64,000 nt of DNA. Source: Octopus sinensis. Its lineage: Eukaryota. Below, piece by piece: positions 25,319 to 37,185 of this stretch; within the stretch, counting starts at the first letter, position 1; each line of letters starts with the position of its first letter. Location: positions 58,838,001 through 58,902,000 of the forward strand of contig NC_043002.1 of the NCBI RefSeq assembly GCF_006345805.1, given 5' to 3'. The position numbers and the translations under genes are program-made. The notes under the pieces were generated by a model. That model ran no database searches. It saw only the letters and a program-made list of their open reading frames with translations, and was not told where the DNA came from.

Positions 25319-26517
25319 CTTCAATTGAAATGAAATACACAAATGAATCGCACACATACACACACACACACGTATAAAATCAAAACTTGCTAGAATCTTT
25401 CATTTGCTGCAGGTGTGGCTGTGGTAAGAAATTTGCTTCCTAACCTCATGGTTCCAGGTTCAGTCCCACTGTGTGGCAGCTTGGGCAGGTGTCTTCTACT
25501 ACAGCCTTGGGCCGACCAAAGCCTTGTGAGTGGATTTGGTAGTTGGAAACTGAAAGAAGCTTGCTGACTGAAACATGTAAAAGATAAATTCTCATCTCCT
25601 AGCATAAAGCCACAGGTTTAAAAAGCCCCTCTACCATTACTCACAGCTAATAAGCAATGAAGATGTTATGCAATATCTATGAGAGTGTTAGCCATCATAT
25701 GATGGGTAACTGTGGATATATACTTTTACCACCATGGGTAATATCAGGAAATATGGCATACATACATACCTTCTGTCTTTTACTTGCTTCAGTGATTAGA
25801 CTGTGGCCATGCTGTAGCACTTCCTTGAAGAATTTTAGTGAAACGACTCTACCCCAGTACTCATTCTATTGGTCTCTTTTGCCAAACTGTCAAATAACCG
25901 GGATGTAAACACACCAACACCAGTTGTCAAACCATAGAGAGGATAAACAGAGACAAAAAGACACACACACAGGTGTGTATGTGCATGTGGGTATATATCA
26001 TCACCATCATTTAATATCCACCTTCCATGCTGGCATGGGTGGGATGGCTTGAGCGTAAGCCATCATATGATGGGTAACTGTGGAAGTATACTTTTACCAC
26101 CATGGATAATATCAGGAAATATGGCATACATACCTTCTGTCTTTTACTTGTTTCAGTGATTAGATTGTGGCCATGCTGGAGCACTAACTTGAAGAATATG
26201 ACATGGTCCTCAGACATGTCGGATCCTATCAAACTGTCCAGCATGAGGATGGACATTAAAAGTCCATGATGATGATGATGATGATAATGAAATCTATCTT
26301 TTATCTTTTACTTGTTTCAGTCATTGGACTGTGGTCATGCTGGAGCATCACCTGGAAGAATTTTAGTCATATGAATAGACCCCACCATCACTACTTGATT
26401 TTTCAACTTGACACTTATTCTATCAGTGTCTTTTGCTATACCGCTAAGTTACAGGGACATAAACAAACCAACACTGGTTGTCAAGCAGAGGTGGTGAACA
26501 AACACAAAGGCACATAT

Positions 26518-26553
<36 letters not shown>

Positions 26554-26740
26554 GGTACAGGAGTGGCTGTGTGGTAAGAAGTTTGCCTTCCAACCACATG
26601 CTTTCGGGTTCAGTCCCACTCCATGGCACCTAGGACAAGTGTCTTACACTATAGACTCAAGTTGACCAAAGACTTATGAGTGGATTTAGCAGTCGGAAAC
26701 CAAAAGAAGCCCGCCACATATATATATATATATATATACA

Positions 26741-27549
26741 AATACAAAACGGGACAATAACGCAAAACATCCAGACAGTTAGGTGATACAAAAAGGGGGA
26801 CAACAAAACATCCAGATAGATGATACAATGAAACAAGGTCAGGTCATTCAGAGTTTTCTTTTCTCAGCTGAGTTCCAGATTATCTTTGCAATTTCGGCGG
26901 GTTATACTCGAGATTGCTCCAATCTGGCCAGCCCAAAGGAAAAACTAGAGCATTAGATTCCTTGGAAGAAAGCAGTGAATGTATACGAAAACAAGGATGG
27001 AAAAAAAACAGAGAATGTTACACAAATACAAATAACAGGACATAACAACAGGTGTCTTTCGACTAAGGACGAATTAAATTAAGCTGGTGTGTGTGGAAAT
27101 AAAGCCTTACAGCAGGGATACAAGATTTCACAGGCACAGAGAGGAATATAGATGTTGCATGGATGGCGGCCTAACCAAGAAAGAAAGGTCAGGCTTGGCC
27201 GAACACAGGTCACATAGGGAGAGAAGAGAGAGAGGTAGAGTCAGAGGGACAGAAGAATTAAGGAGGGGTGAGAAAAAATGATAGGGACACAGTGAAGTGA
27301 AGAGAGGAGGGAAAGTGAGCATGAAGAGAAGGCAAGGAAATGTGAGAGAAGGGGAACGAAAGAACAAATGGAGCAATCTCGAGTATAACCAGCTGAAATT
27401 GCAAACATAATCTGGAACTCGACTAAGGAAAGAAAACTCTGAATGACCCGTCCTTGTTTTCTTTGTATCGTCTATCTAGATGTTTTGTTGTCCTCTTTTT
27501 TGTATCACCTACTGTCTAGATGTTTTGCGTCCATGTCCCATTTTGTATT
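26741..27549. mobile_element. Element with ~180-bp imperfect inverted arms, in TA microsatellite
   Basis: 26741-26921 is the reverse complement of 27369-27549 with scattered mismatches; ~450-bp spacer; related fragment at ~49020-49320. Confidence 0.7.
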
Positions 27550-27770
27550 ATATATGTATTTGTGTGTCTGTATTTGTTCCCCAGCCATTGCTTGACAACC
27601 GCTGTTGGTATGTTTACATCTTTGTAACTTAGCGGTCCAGCACAAGAGACCGATAGAATAAGTACTAGGCTTAAGTCCTGGTGTTGATTTGTTCAACTAA
27701 AGGCACTGCAGCATGGCCACAGTCCAATGCAGAAAGAAGTAAAAGAATAAAACAATAAAGGTAAATACAC

Positions 27771-27811
<41 letters not shown>

Positions 27812-28582
27812 TATACACAACAGGGTTCTTTCAATTCACAAGCCTTTGGTTGGCCTGAGGCTGTAGTAGAAACACTTGCCAAGGTGCCATGCAGTGGACT
27901 GAACCCGGAGACATAAGGTTAGGGAAGCAAACTTCTTACCACGCAGCCAAGTCTGCACCAATACATGTTTTTAATGTATTTTTAATACTTCAATAAACTG
28001 CATGCATGAATATATAAATAAGAGAGCGAGGAAGAGATGAGGATAAACAAAAATCGCATGTTTTTATTGTTTTATTTGTAGAAATATTAAATTGCTTTTT
28101 TGCTGGGAAGTGTATGTAGATCATAATATGTGTACGTGTATGTGTGTGTGTGTCTTTCTCTCTTAGTAATGGTATCATTAAATACCATAATTTCAATTGG
28201 TAGTATCCTGGTGATATGAACCCACAGAAGGATTGCTGATGTCCACAGAGGATTGCCCATTATTCCTTTTGGAATAAATATCACTCAGATACCGATGTTA
28301 GACTATTGTAGGAGTTGAATGGTAAAGTTACTACTAAGTCATTTGTGCTTGTTCTGGATTCCACACAAAACTCTTTACTCGCTGAGACCAGAATTATAAA
28401 TAAAGTTTTCACACACACCACACACACACACACATAATTACAAACACGTGTGTGTGTGTGCATGTATGTATATATATATATACATTTTCATATATGTATA
28501 TGCATATATATATATATACACACATACACACACACACATACACATGTGTGTGCATATGTGTATGTTTATATATGTATGTATG

Positions 28583-28661
<79 letters not shown>

Positions 28662-30017
28662 GTATGTATGTATATATATATATATGTGTGTGTGTGTAGA
28701 TATATATTTTTAGAATATAAATGAGTGTGTGAGTATATACATATATATATATACGTATATACATATACATATATACATATATATATATATGTATGTATGT
28801 ATATATATATGTGTGTGTGTAGATATATATTTTTAGAATATAAATGAGTGTGTGAGTATATATATATATGTGTATGTATATGTATGTGTGTGTGTGTGTG
28901 TGTGATCATGAGCATGGTTATTTTTTTTTTTTTCGCATTTGATCATGTGTTTATTCATTAATTAGGCTGACATAACTGAAAGTTGCTGGGCTGTTTTAAA
29001 TGGATGAAAGCACCAAAGCATGACTGTCGCCTCCCAACTTTCTCCACTTTCTTCTTCAAATGCGATGGGTGGCAATGTAAATTGAAAGCGGAAAACCAGT
29101 TTAGTCCAGCTTTATATCAGGTTTAAAAAGCCCCCTATACCATTACTCACAGCTATTAAACAATGAAGATGTTATGCAATATCAATGAGAGTGTTAGCCA
29201 TCATGATGGGTAACTGTGGAAGTATACTTTTACCACCATGGGTAATATCAGGAAATATGGCATGCATACATACCTTCTGTCTTTTATTTGCTTCAGTGAT
29301 TAGACTGTGGCCATGCTGTAGCACTGTCTTGAAGAATTTTATCAAAACGACCCTACCCCAGTACTCATTCTATTGGTCTCTTTTGCCAAACCATCAAATA
29401 ACAGGGATTTATATACACCAACACCAGTTGTCAAACCATAGAGGGGACAAACAGACACAAGAGACATACACATAAGTGTGTATATATATATATCATCATC
29501 ATCATCATCGTTGTTTAACAACTATCTTCCATGCTGACGTGGGTGGGACAGTTTGGCAGGAGCCGGCCAGGCTGAAGCTTGCGCCAGTTGTCTGTGACTG
29601 TTTAGGCAGGGTTTTTGAAAGCTTGATGCATTTCCTAACACCAACCACTCAACAGAGTGGTCTGAGTGCTTTTTAAGTGGCTCAAGCACAGGCAAGGTCA
29701 GTTTTGGCAAGGTTTTTACAGCTGGATGCCCTTCCAAATGCCAACCACTTTACATGTGGACTGGATGCTTTTCAAGTGGCACCTGCACTGACAGGGTCAC
29801 CAAGTAACTTGCAAGAGAAAAATCTTTTGAGAGAGGAAGGGGGCATTGGAGGAGGTAATCTTGTGTCAGATGATGAAAGGTTATAGTGAGACAGACAGAC
29901 AGACAGAAACAAGTGTCTTGCTGTAGAGGAGGTACAAGGTTACCCACAGAGAGAGAGAGGGGGGAGGAGATCCAGACAGAAACAGGTGTGCATATACATA
30001 TATATATATATATGAGT

Positions 30018-30857
30018 AGCTTCTGTTATCTAGGAGACTAAGTTAGAAGTGGAGGAGGAAGTTCTAAAAGTATAGTTGCTACAATAAGAAAGAGCTGAGC
30101 AAAGTTCAGAGAGCTTCTACCTTTGTTGGTAACTAAGGGCTTCTCCCTCATAGAGAATGGCAGAGTGTATGATGCCTGTGTTCATACTGCAATGTTACAT
30201 GGCAGTAAAATGTGGGCTTTGATTATAGAGGATATGGGAAAGCTTGAAAAATATTAAACTAGCGTGCTCCGTTGGATGTGTAATGTCAGCATGAATGCAC
30301 AACAGAGAGTAAATGACTGAAGTGGAAAACTGGTCATAAGGGGCATCAGATGTTGTGTGCAAGAGAGAAGACTGCACTGGTTTGATCATGTGATGCATAT
30401 GGATGAGGACAGCTGCATAAAGTAGTACCAAGCTCAAATCGTGGAGGGAACCTATGGAAGGGGTAAACCCAGAAAGACTTGGAACAAAGTGGTGAGAAAG
30501 GATCTTTGGACACTGGGCCTCATTGAGGAAATAACAAGGGATCAAGTGTTGTGGCTATTTGCTGTACATGTCAAACTAAGTAAAATCCTTATCTTCCATA
30601 CATACAGGCTTGTCCCTTGCAGGTGCTGGTGCCACATAAAATGCACTCATACTGGTGTTTTGAAGACACACCTGCGCCAGTGGCATGTACATAGCAAACA
30701 ACACACTCTGTAAAGTAGTTGGCATTAGGACGGGCATCCAGCTGTAGAGACCAAGCCATAACAAACAATTAGCTGACCAGCTCCATGTCAAACTGTCCAA
30801 CCCATGCCAGCATGGAAAATGGATGTTAAGCGATGATGGTGGTAACAATGATGATGA
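30018..30857 (+). mobile_element. 5'-truncated RTE-clade LINE: ORF C-terminus, 3' UTR and (GAT)n tail
   Basis: One frame from 30018 with in-frame stops: SFCYLGD*VRSGGG...AKFRELLPLL...GRVYDACVHTAMLHGSKMW...ERRLHWFDHV...GRGKPRKTWNKVVRKDL, typical of the post-RT region of RTE LINEs. Confidence 0.85.
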
Positions 30858-31984
30858 CAAGCTTCTTTCAGTTTCTGTCTACCAAATCTTTTCACAAGGC
30901 TTTAGGTTGGCCTGAGCCTATAGTAGAAGACACTTGCTTAAGGTGCCATGAAGTGGGACTGAACCCAGAATCATGTGGTTGAGAAAGAAACTTCTTACCA
31001 CACAGCCACTTTTATCAAATTTCGTGGTGCTAATTGACTTACCCATTCCTCCAAACTGGCTGACCTCATGCTAAAATTTGAAACCAATATTAAATTATTT
31101 TTGGGTCCCCTCTCTTTAAACATTCTTTGAAATACTTCAGTTTCCACAAAATATTGGAAATGAGTGACACTGCTTGTTCGACAGTGACATTCTTTTACTG
31201 CCATAAGAATGTCAAGCAGACATTCTTTATTTTTGAAAGAAAAAGGTTTACTAAATTCAGGAACGGCTGTGTGGCAACAAGTTTGCTTCCTAATCAAATG
31301 GTCTGGGTTCAGTTCCACTGTGTGACACTAAGAGCAAGTGTGTTCGACTATAGCCTCGAGCCATCCAATGTCTTGTGAGTGGATGTGGTAGATGGAAACT
31401 GAAAGAAGCCCATTGTATGTGTGTGTGTGTGTGTATGTGTTTATGATTCCATAACTTAGTGGTTTGGCAAAAGAGACTGGTAGAATAAGCATCAGGCTTA
31501 AAAAAGAATGTACTAGTGTCGATTCATTCAACTAGATTTCTTAAAGTTAGTGCCCCAGCATAGCCACAGTCTAATGACTGGAAAAAGATAAAATATATAG
31601 TATTTATACTGACATATAGTCAAAAAGGGCAATGGAAAGAACTGATAAAAGATATAAGGCAGAAAAAGACATAGTAAAAAGGCCTGACTAGAAAGAGTGG
31701 AAAATAAGGGAGTAATGATGCAATCTAAATCATTGGTTTGCTTATATGAAGCCACATAATGTGTCTAAACATTGTGATGAGTAGAAGTTTACACAAGGTA
31801 ACATAGCCAAAAAGGAAGTGATTTGCAAACAGTGAAAATGGGGAAAATAATTAATGGAACAGCTGAAAATTTCAGTTTGATAATAGTAAATATACAGAGG
31901 TTAATACTTTTATTTGCAGAATCTTGTGTGCACATGTGCAAATGTGTGTGCATTTTTAACTAAAGAAGAAAGAAAAAGTATCAA

Positions 31985-32238
31985 TATTTCTGGAGAAAAT
32001 TCTGCCAAACAACCTCAGAGATTTGTGAAGTTTAGATGTGGAGGTCTTCAAAGAGCATTTGGGCAAATTTTTACCTGAGATATCAGATGAACCCACATAG
32101 TGGTAAGAGGTGCAAAAAAGAGTAGCTCTTAACCACTCACAACTTCATCAAAAATGGTGCAGGAAAGAAACCGTAACACACTGAAAGCCAGTGCTCCAGC
32201 ATGGACCCCGACATCTGGCTGAAACCAGTAAAAGATAA
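31985..32238 (+). mobile_element. 3' end of a CR1/L2-group LINE
   Basis: ILPNNLRDL*SLDVEVFKEHLGKFLPEISDEP resembles the LP..LR....FK..LD.FL...PDEP ORF2 terminus; followed by GTGCTCCAGCATGG...CTGAAACCAGTAAAAGA. Confidence 0.6.
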
Positions 32239-33338
32239 ACGATACAAGAATAAAACTAAAATATATTTTAAAAAATGAAAAGGAACCACTTTGTCATCTT
32301 CATTCTTTTAAGGTCCATGCTTGTCTAGGTCAGGGGGAATTCATTGAAGCGAATTTTCTGTGGCTAGATGCCTTTCCAGTTGCCAATACTCACCTGTTTC
32401 CTAGCAAGATAATATTTCCTCATGGACAAACATGGTCTCAAAGACAGCTGGGAAATAAACAATACTGCCACTGTGAAATGGTGCTGGTTTACAACTATTG
32501 TATGATGCAAAGGACACACACTCATACACACACAGTCTCTTTCACTTTCCATACACCAAATCCACACATAAAGCTTTGTTCAGCCTAAGGCTAGAATAGA
32601 AGACATTTGTCCAAGGCACCACACAATGGGACTGACTCAAAGCCAGATTGGTTAGGAAGTGAACTTCTTAACCTTACAGCCATGCCTGGAGAGGGGTCAA
32701 TAGCTCTATGAGAATAAAATAATTAAATAAGTAGTCAGTAAGTATATATCCTGTTTCTGCATAGAAGTATGATAGGATAAGAATCAACAAGCCACTGAAG
32801 CTATATTCCACCATTTGATTAGTAATATACCAGCTGACAGGACAAGTAAGTTGGGTGACTATTTTAAAACAGAACATATTGATTTTCCCTCATGTTTGGA
32901 AACATAACACAAGCCACCAGTTAATTAATTGAACTTGCTGACAAGTGCTCGTTTTTTTATTACCCCCAACATTTTGAACCCCACAAAATGACTATTCAGC
33001 CCCACTGCATGGCACCATCAGCAAATGTCTTCTACAATAGCCCATGGGTATCCAGAGCGTTGTTAGTAGAGTTCATCAGCTTTCCATGCTGACATGGGTT
33101 GGATGGTTTGACTGGGGATTGGCAAGCCAGAAGGCTGTACCAGGCTCTAATCTGATCTGGCAGTGTTTCTACATCTGGATGCCCTTCCTAGCACCAACCA
33201 CACCGAGAGTGTAGTGGGTGCATTTTACGTGTCACCGGCAGCCAGTCAGTACTGGCATCGACCACGCTTGAATGGTGCCTTCCACATGCCACCAGCACGG
33301 GAACCAGTTAAGTGGCATGGGCATCGACAGTTAGCCGG

Positions 33339-33409
<71 letters not shown>

Positions 33410-33642
33410 ATATATAATAGAAATATTAAAATAACTAAGTCTCTCTAAAAGAGAACAGCGGCAGCGTTCCCGGAAAATAATAGTTATCGCCATACTAATA
33501 TGGCATTCTTATAAAATAAGAAAAAAGCTGTCCGCTTATTAGCTCCATGAGGCCATCGCCTTAAGTTAGCTATTGATACACAAACTGTATCCATATAACC
33601 TCGAACAAGGGAGGTCAGTCGCTCCACACTACTTGACCGGCA

Positions 33643-33684
33643 GCTACAGACGCGTTTCAGGGTATTGCCCCTTTTCAATGCAGC
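33643..33684 (-). ncRNA. Minimal type I hammerhead ribozyme, U3:A8 core variant (copy A)
   Basis: GCTGCA-TTGAAAA-GGGGcaataCCCT-GAAA-CGCG-TC-TGTAGC: 6-bp stem I, 4-bp stem II, ACGCGU stem III, GUC triplet. Confidence 0.75.
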
Positions 33685-34186
33685 GTAGCCAGCCAGTAGG
33701 TGTCGCTTCCGACATCTCTGTTCGATGGTTTTATTTACCTAGTTTCGGTGGAATACATCCACTTGTTTTCAATAATAGAAATATTAAAATAACTAAGTCT
33801 CTCTAAAAGAGAACAGCGGCAGCGTTCCCGGAAAATAATAGTTATCGCCATACTAATATGGCATTCTTATAAAAATAGTAGTGTGGAGCGACTGACCTCC
33901 CTTGTTCGAAGGTTATATGGATACAGTTTGTGTATCAAATAGCTAACTTAAGGCGATGGCCTCATGGAGCTAATAAGCGGACAGCTTTTTTCTTATTTTT
34001 ATAAGAATGCCATATTAGTATGGCGATAACTATTATTTTCCGGGAACGCTGCCGCTGTTCTCTTTTAGAGAGACTTAGTTATTTTAATATTTCTATTATT
34101 GAAAACAAGTGGATGTATTCCACCAAAACTAGGTAAAAAACCTCGAACAGAGATTGTCGGACTGCGGGACACTACTGGCTGGCTAC

Positions 34187-34228
34187 GCTGCATTGAAAAG
34201 GGGCAATACCCGAAAACGCGTCTGTAGC
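34187..34228 (+). ncRNA. Hammerhead ribozyme, U3:A8 variant (copy B)
   Basis: GCTGCA-TTGAAAA-GGGGcaataCCC-GAAAA-CGCG-TC-TGTAGC; homopolymer length differences from consensus. Confidence 0.65.
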
Positions 34229-34544
34229 TGCCGGTCAAGTAGTGTGGAGCCGCATGACCTCCCTGTTCGAAGGGTATATGGATACAGTTTGTGTATCAAA
34301 TAGCTAACTTAGGCGATGGCCTCATGGAGCTAATAAGCGGACAGCTTTTTTCTTATTTTTATAAGAATGCCATATTAGTATGGCGATAACTATTATTTTC
34401 CGGGAACGCTGCCGCTGTCCTTTTAGAGAGCTTAGTTATTTTAATATTTCTATTATTGAAAACAAGTGGAGGTATTTCCACCGAACTAGGTAAATAAAAC
34501 CATCGAACAGAGATTGTCGGAAGCGACACCTACTGGCTGGCTAC

Positions 34545-34584
34545 GCTGCATTGAAAGGGCAATACCCCGAAACGCGTCTGTAGC
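34545..34584 (+). ncRNA. Hammerhead ribozyme, U3:A8 variant (copy C)
   Basis: GCTGCA-TTGAAA-GGGcaataCCCC-GAAA-CGCG-TC-TGTAGC; one A and one G short in homopolymers. Confidence 0.65.
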
Positions 34585-34748
34585 TGCCGGTCAAGTAGTG
34601 TGGAGCGATGACCTCCCTTGTTCGAAGGTTATATGGATACAGTTTGTGTATCAAATAGCTAACTTAAGGCGATGGCCTCATGGAGCTAATAAGCGGACAG
34701 CTTTTTTCTTATTTTTATAAGAATGCCATATTAGTATGCGATAACTAT

Positions 34749-34804
<56 letters not shown>

Positions 34805-35236
34805 AATATATATATAAACACACAAATATATGTATATATGCAAACACACACACACACATACATACATACATACATACATATTTATGAATCAAAACAGTTT
34901 CATTCAAATTCATTGATACTCTTGAGTTTCAAGCACGGTGCTAGTCATTAGCCATTTTGAATTGAGATGACAGAAGTTGATTGTTATTACTGTAAGGTGG
35001 GCTGTGATTGATTGAGGGAGGTCACACGGTGTCGTGGTTTGATGTTGGTATATGAGTAACATTTAGTTGGAAAATAGTTAGTTGGTCAATTTCCTGTTCA
35101 CATGGCAAACAGGAAATTGGTCACGTGGAGGACAGAGTACCGGAGTACCAACAAATTTGAAATCAAACTGTTTTAATCCATACATGTAACTCCCAATAAA
35201 TTGGTTGAGTGCACCTCTTTCGTTTGTTCACTCACT

Positions 35237-35274
<38 letters not shown>

Positions 35275-37126
35275 TATATATGTGTGTGTGTGTACATACA
35301 TGATGGGCTTTTACCAGTTTCCAACAATGAAATCCACTCACAAGGCTTTGACTGGTCTGTGGTTATAGCAGATGACACTAGCTCAAGTTGCCATGCAGTG
35401 GGACCATGTCTGGAACAATGTGGTTTGGAAGCAAACTTCTTACCACACAGCCAAACACACACACACACACATCCTTAGCTATTGTCCATATTCCATGCTG
35501 GCACAGTTTGGATGGTTTGACAGGATTCAGTGAAACTCAGGACAGAATTTTGCTCCAATGCCTGACCTGGCATTGTTACTTTGATGACACCAAAATTGAT
35601 ACAGTAAGACCTATTTACCACGATCAGCCTCTTTTTAATATTAACTTCTTTGTTTTACATCTATTTTTCCATGCAAGTATGGGTTAGATGAATATCTTAT
35701 TGAGGTGTTGTTTTACAGAATAATGCCTTTTCTCTTGCAAACCCTTACTTGCTTTTCAAGTAAGAAAATCTCTTATTTCACACATCTTTGAAGATGTAAA
35801 GTGAATGAAGGATTTATCAACAGGAAAAGTGACAACAACAGTTTCACAGAGCACAAATGTAAACACACACACACAGACAATAGGCTTCTTTCAATTTCTG
35901 TCAGCCAAATTTGCTCACAAGGTTTGGTTTACCAGGTATTACAGTCAAATACACTTGCCCAAGGGGCCATATTGTGGGATTGAACCAGAAACCAGGTGGT
36001 TAAGAAGCGATCTTCTTAACCACACAGCCACAACAACATCTATAATAGAAGGTAGCAAGCTGGCAGAAACGTTAGCATGCCGGGCGAAATGCTTAGCAAT
36101 ATTTCATCCGTCTTTATGTTCTGAGTTCAAATTTCACCAAGGTTGACTTTGCCTTTCATCCTGTTGGGGTCGATTAAATAAGTACCAGTTATGCACTGGT
36201 GTTGATGTAATTGACTTAATCCCTTTGTCTGTCCTTGTTTGTCCCCTCTTTGTTTAGCTCCCTGTGGGCAATAAAGAAATAAAAAATACATCTATAATAG
36301 AAAAAAGGATGAGGACAATGACATTATCATCATCATCATCATCATTTTGAGTTTGTTTTCCCAAAATGGCATGGACTGGGCAGCTTGACAGGATTTGGCA
36401 AGCTGCAGGGCTACTTTGTCATGGTTTTTACAGATGGATGCCCTTCCTTACACCAACCATTTTACAATGTTTACTGGGTTTTTTCCTCTTTTTTTTTTTT
36501 TTGTGCCACTCACACTAGTCAGATTGTCAAGTAACTTGCAAGACAAAAAACAACAAAAAAAAAGAAAAGAAACAGGGAAAAAGTAAAGGCAAGTTAAATA
36601 TTTTTTTTTCATTCTTTAATACATTTCGTAAAATTATTTAATTACAAAAATAACAGGAATTTTTAAAACATTGAATGGCTATGAGGGTCTACCCAACTAA
36701 AATTGGAATCAAAGGGAGTCATAGGTAAAAATAAATGGTTGAGAACTACTGAGCTGAAGTAGGATAGTGAAATATGTACAGGATGTCTTAACAAAGAAGA
36801 GATACATGGCCACCCCACAGGGCCAGGAATGTCAACGAATGATAATCATCATCATCGTTTAATGTCCACCTTCCATGTTGGCAAAACAAGCTTAAATGCA
36901 TGATTGGTAAACGTTTTATAAATCCCCAAAATAGAAAGAGAGAGAGAGAGAGAGATGAAAAAATCAAAAGTTGACTTGAGGATGATTTGATCTCAGAATC
37001 TTAAGCAATGTATCTAAATACTGCATGTATTTATTCAGTGCAGTGCTCTACTGCCTCTAACACTAACAAAAACATCGGGTTTTATTTATCTACCTATTTA
37101 TTTATTGTTTCTTGTCTGGTATTCAG

Positions 37127-37185
37127 GTCTTAATGTTGCTATGAAAAATCTCTTTGAAACGCTCCAACTTCAAACAAAACGACAG
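37127..37185 (+). other. Candidate 59-nt coding exon (xLNVAMKNLFETLQLQTKRQ)
   Basis: Pyrimidine-rich acceptor TTGTTTCTTGTCTGGTATTCAG, donor CAG|GTAATC, open frame; protein not recognised. Confidence 0.4.

Larger units (their letters stand above)
33414..34750. mobile_element. Tandem and inverted array of a ~358-bp hammerhead-bearing unit (Penelope-LTR/retrozyme-like)
   Basis: ~1.3 units in one orientation (33414-33877), switch at 33877/33878, then ~2.4 units in the opposite orientation; (TA)n on both sides; no meaningful ORF. Confidence 0.85.

Noticed and set aside
28409-28915. YIYI/VCVC-type ORFs here and at 3503, 10844, 11733, 18198, 45726 and 47486
   Set aside because: Translations of (TA)n, (CA)n and (TCTA)n microsatellites.
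33414-34750. CRISPR-like or bacterial repeat interpretation of the tandem arrays (also 15218-15640 and 45337-45665)
   Set aside because: No unique spacers between constant short repeats, no cas genes, eukaryotic context.
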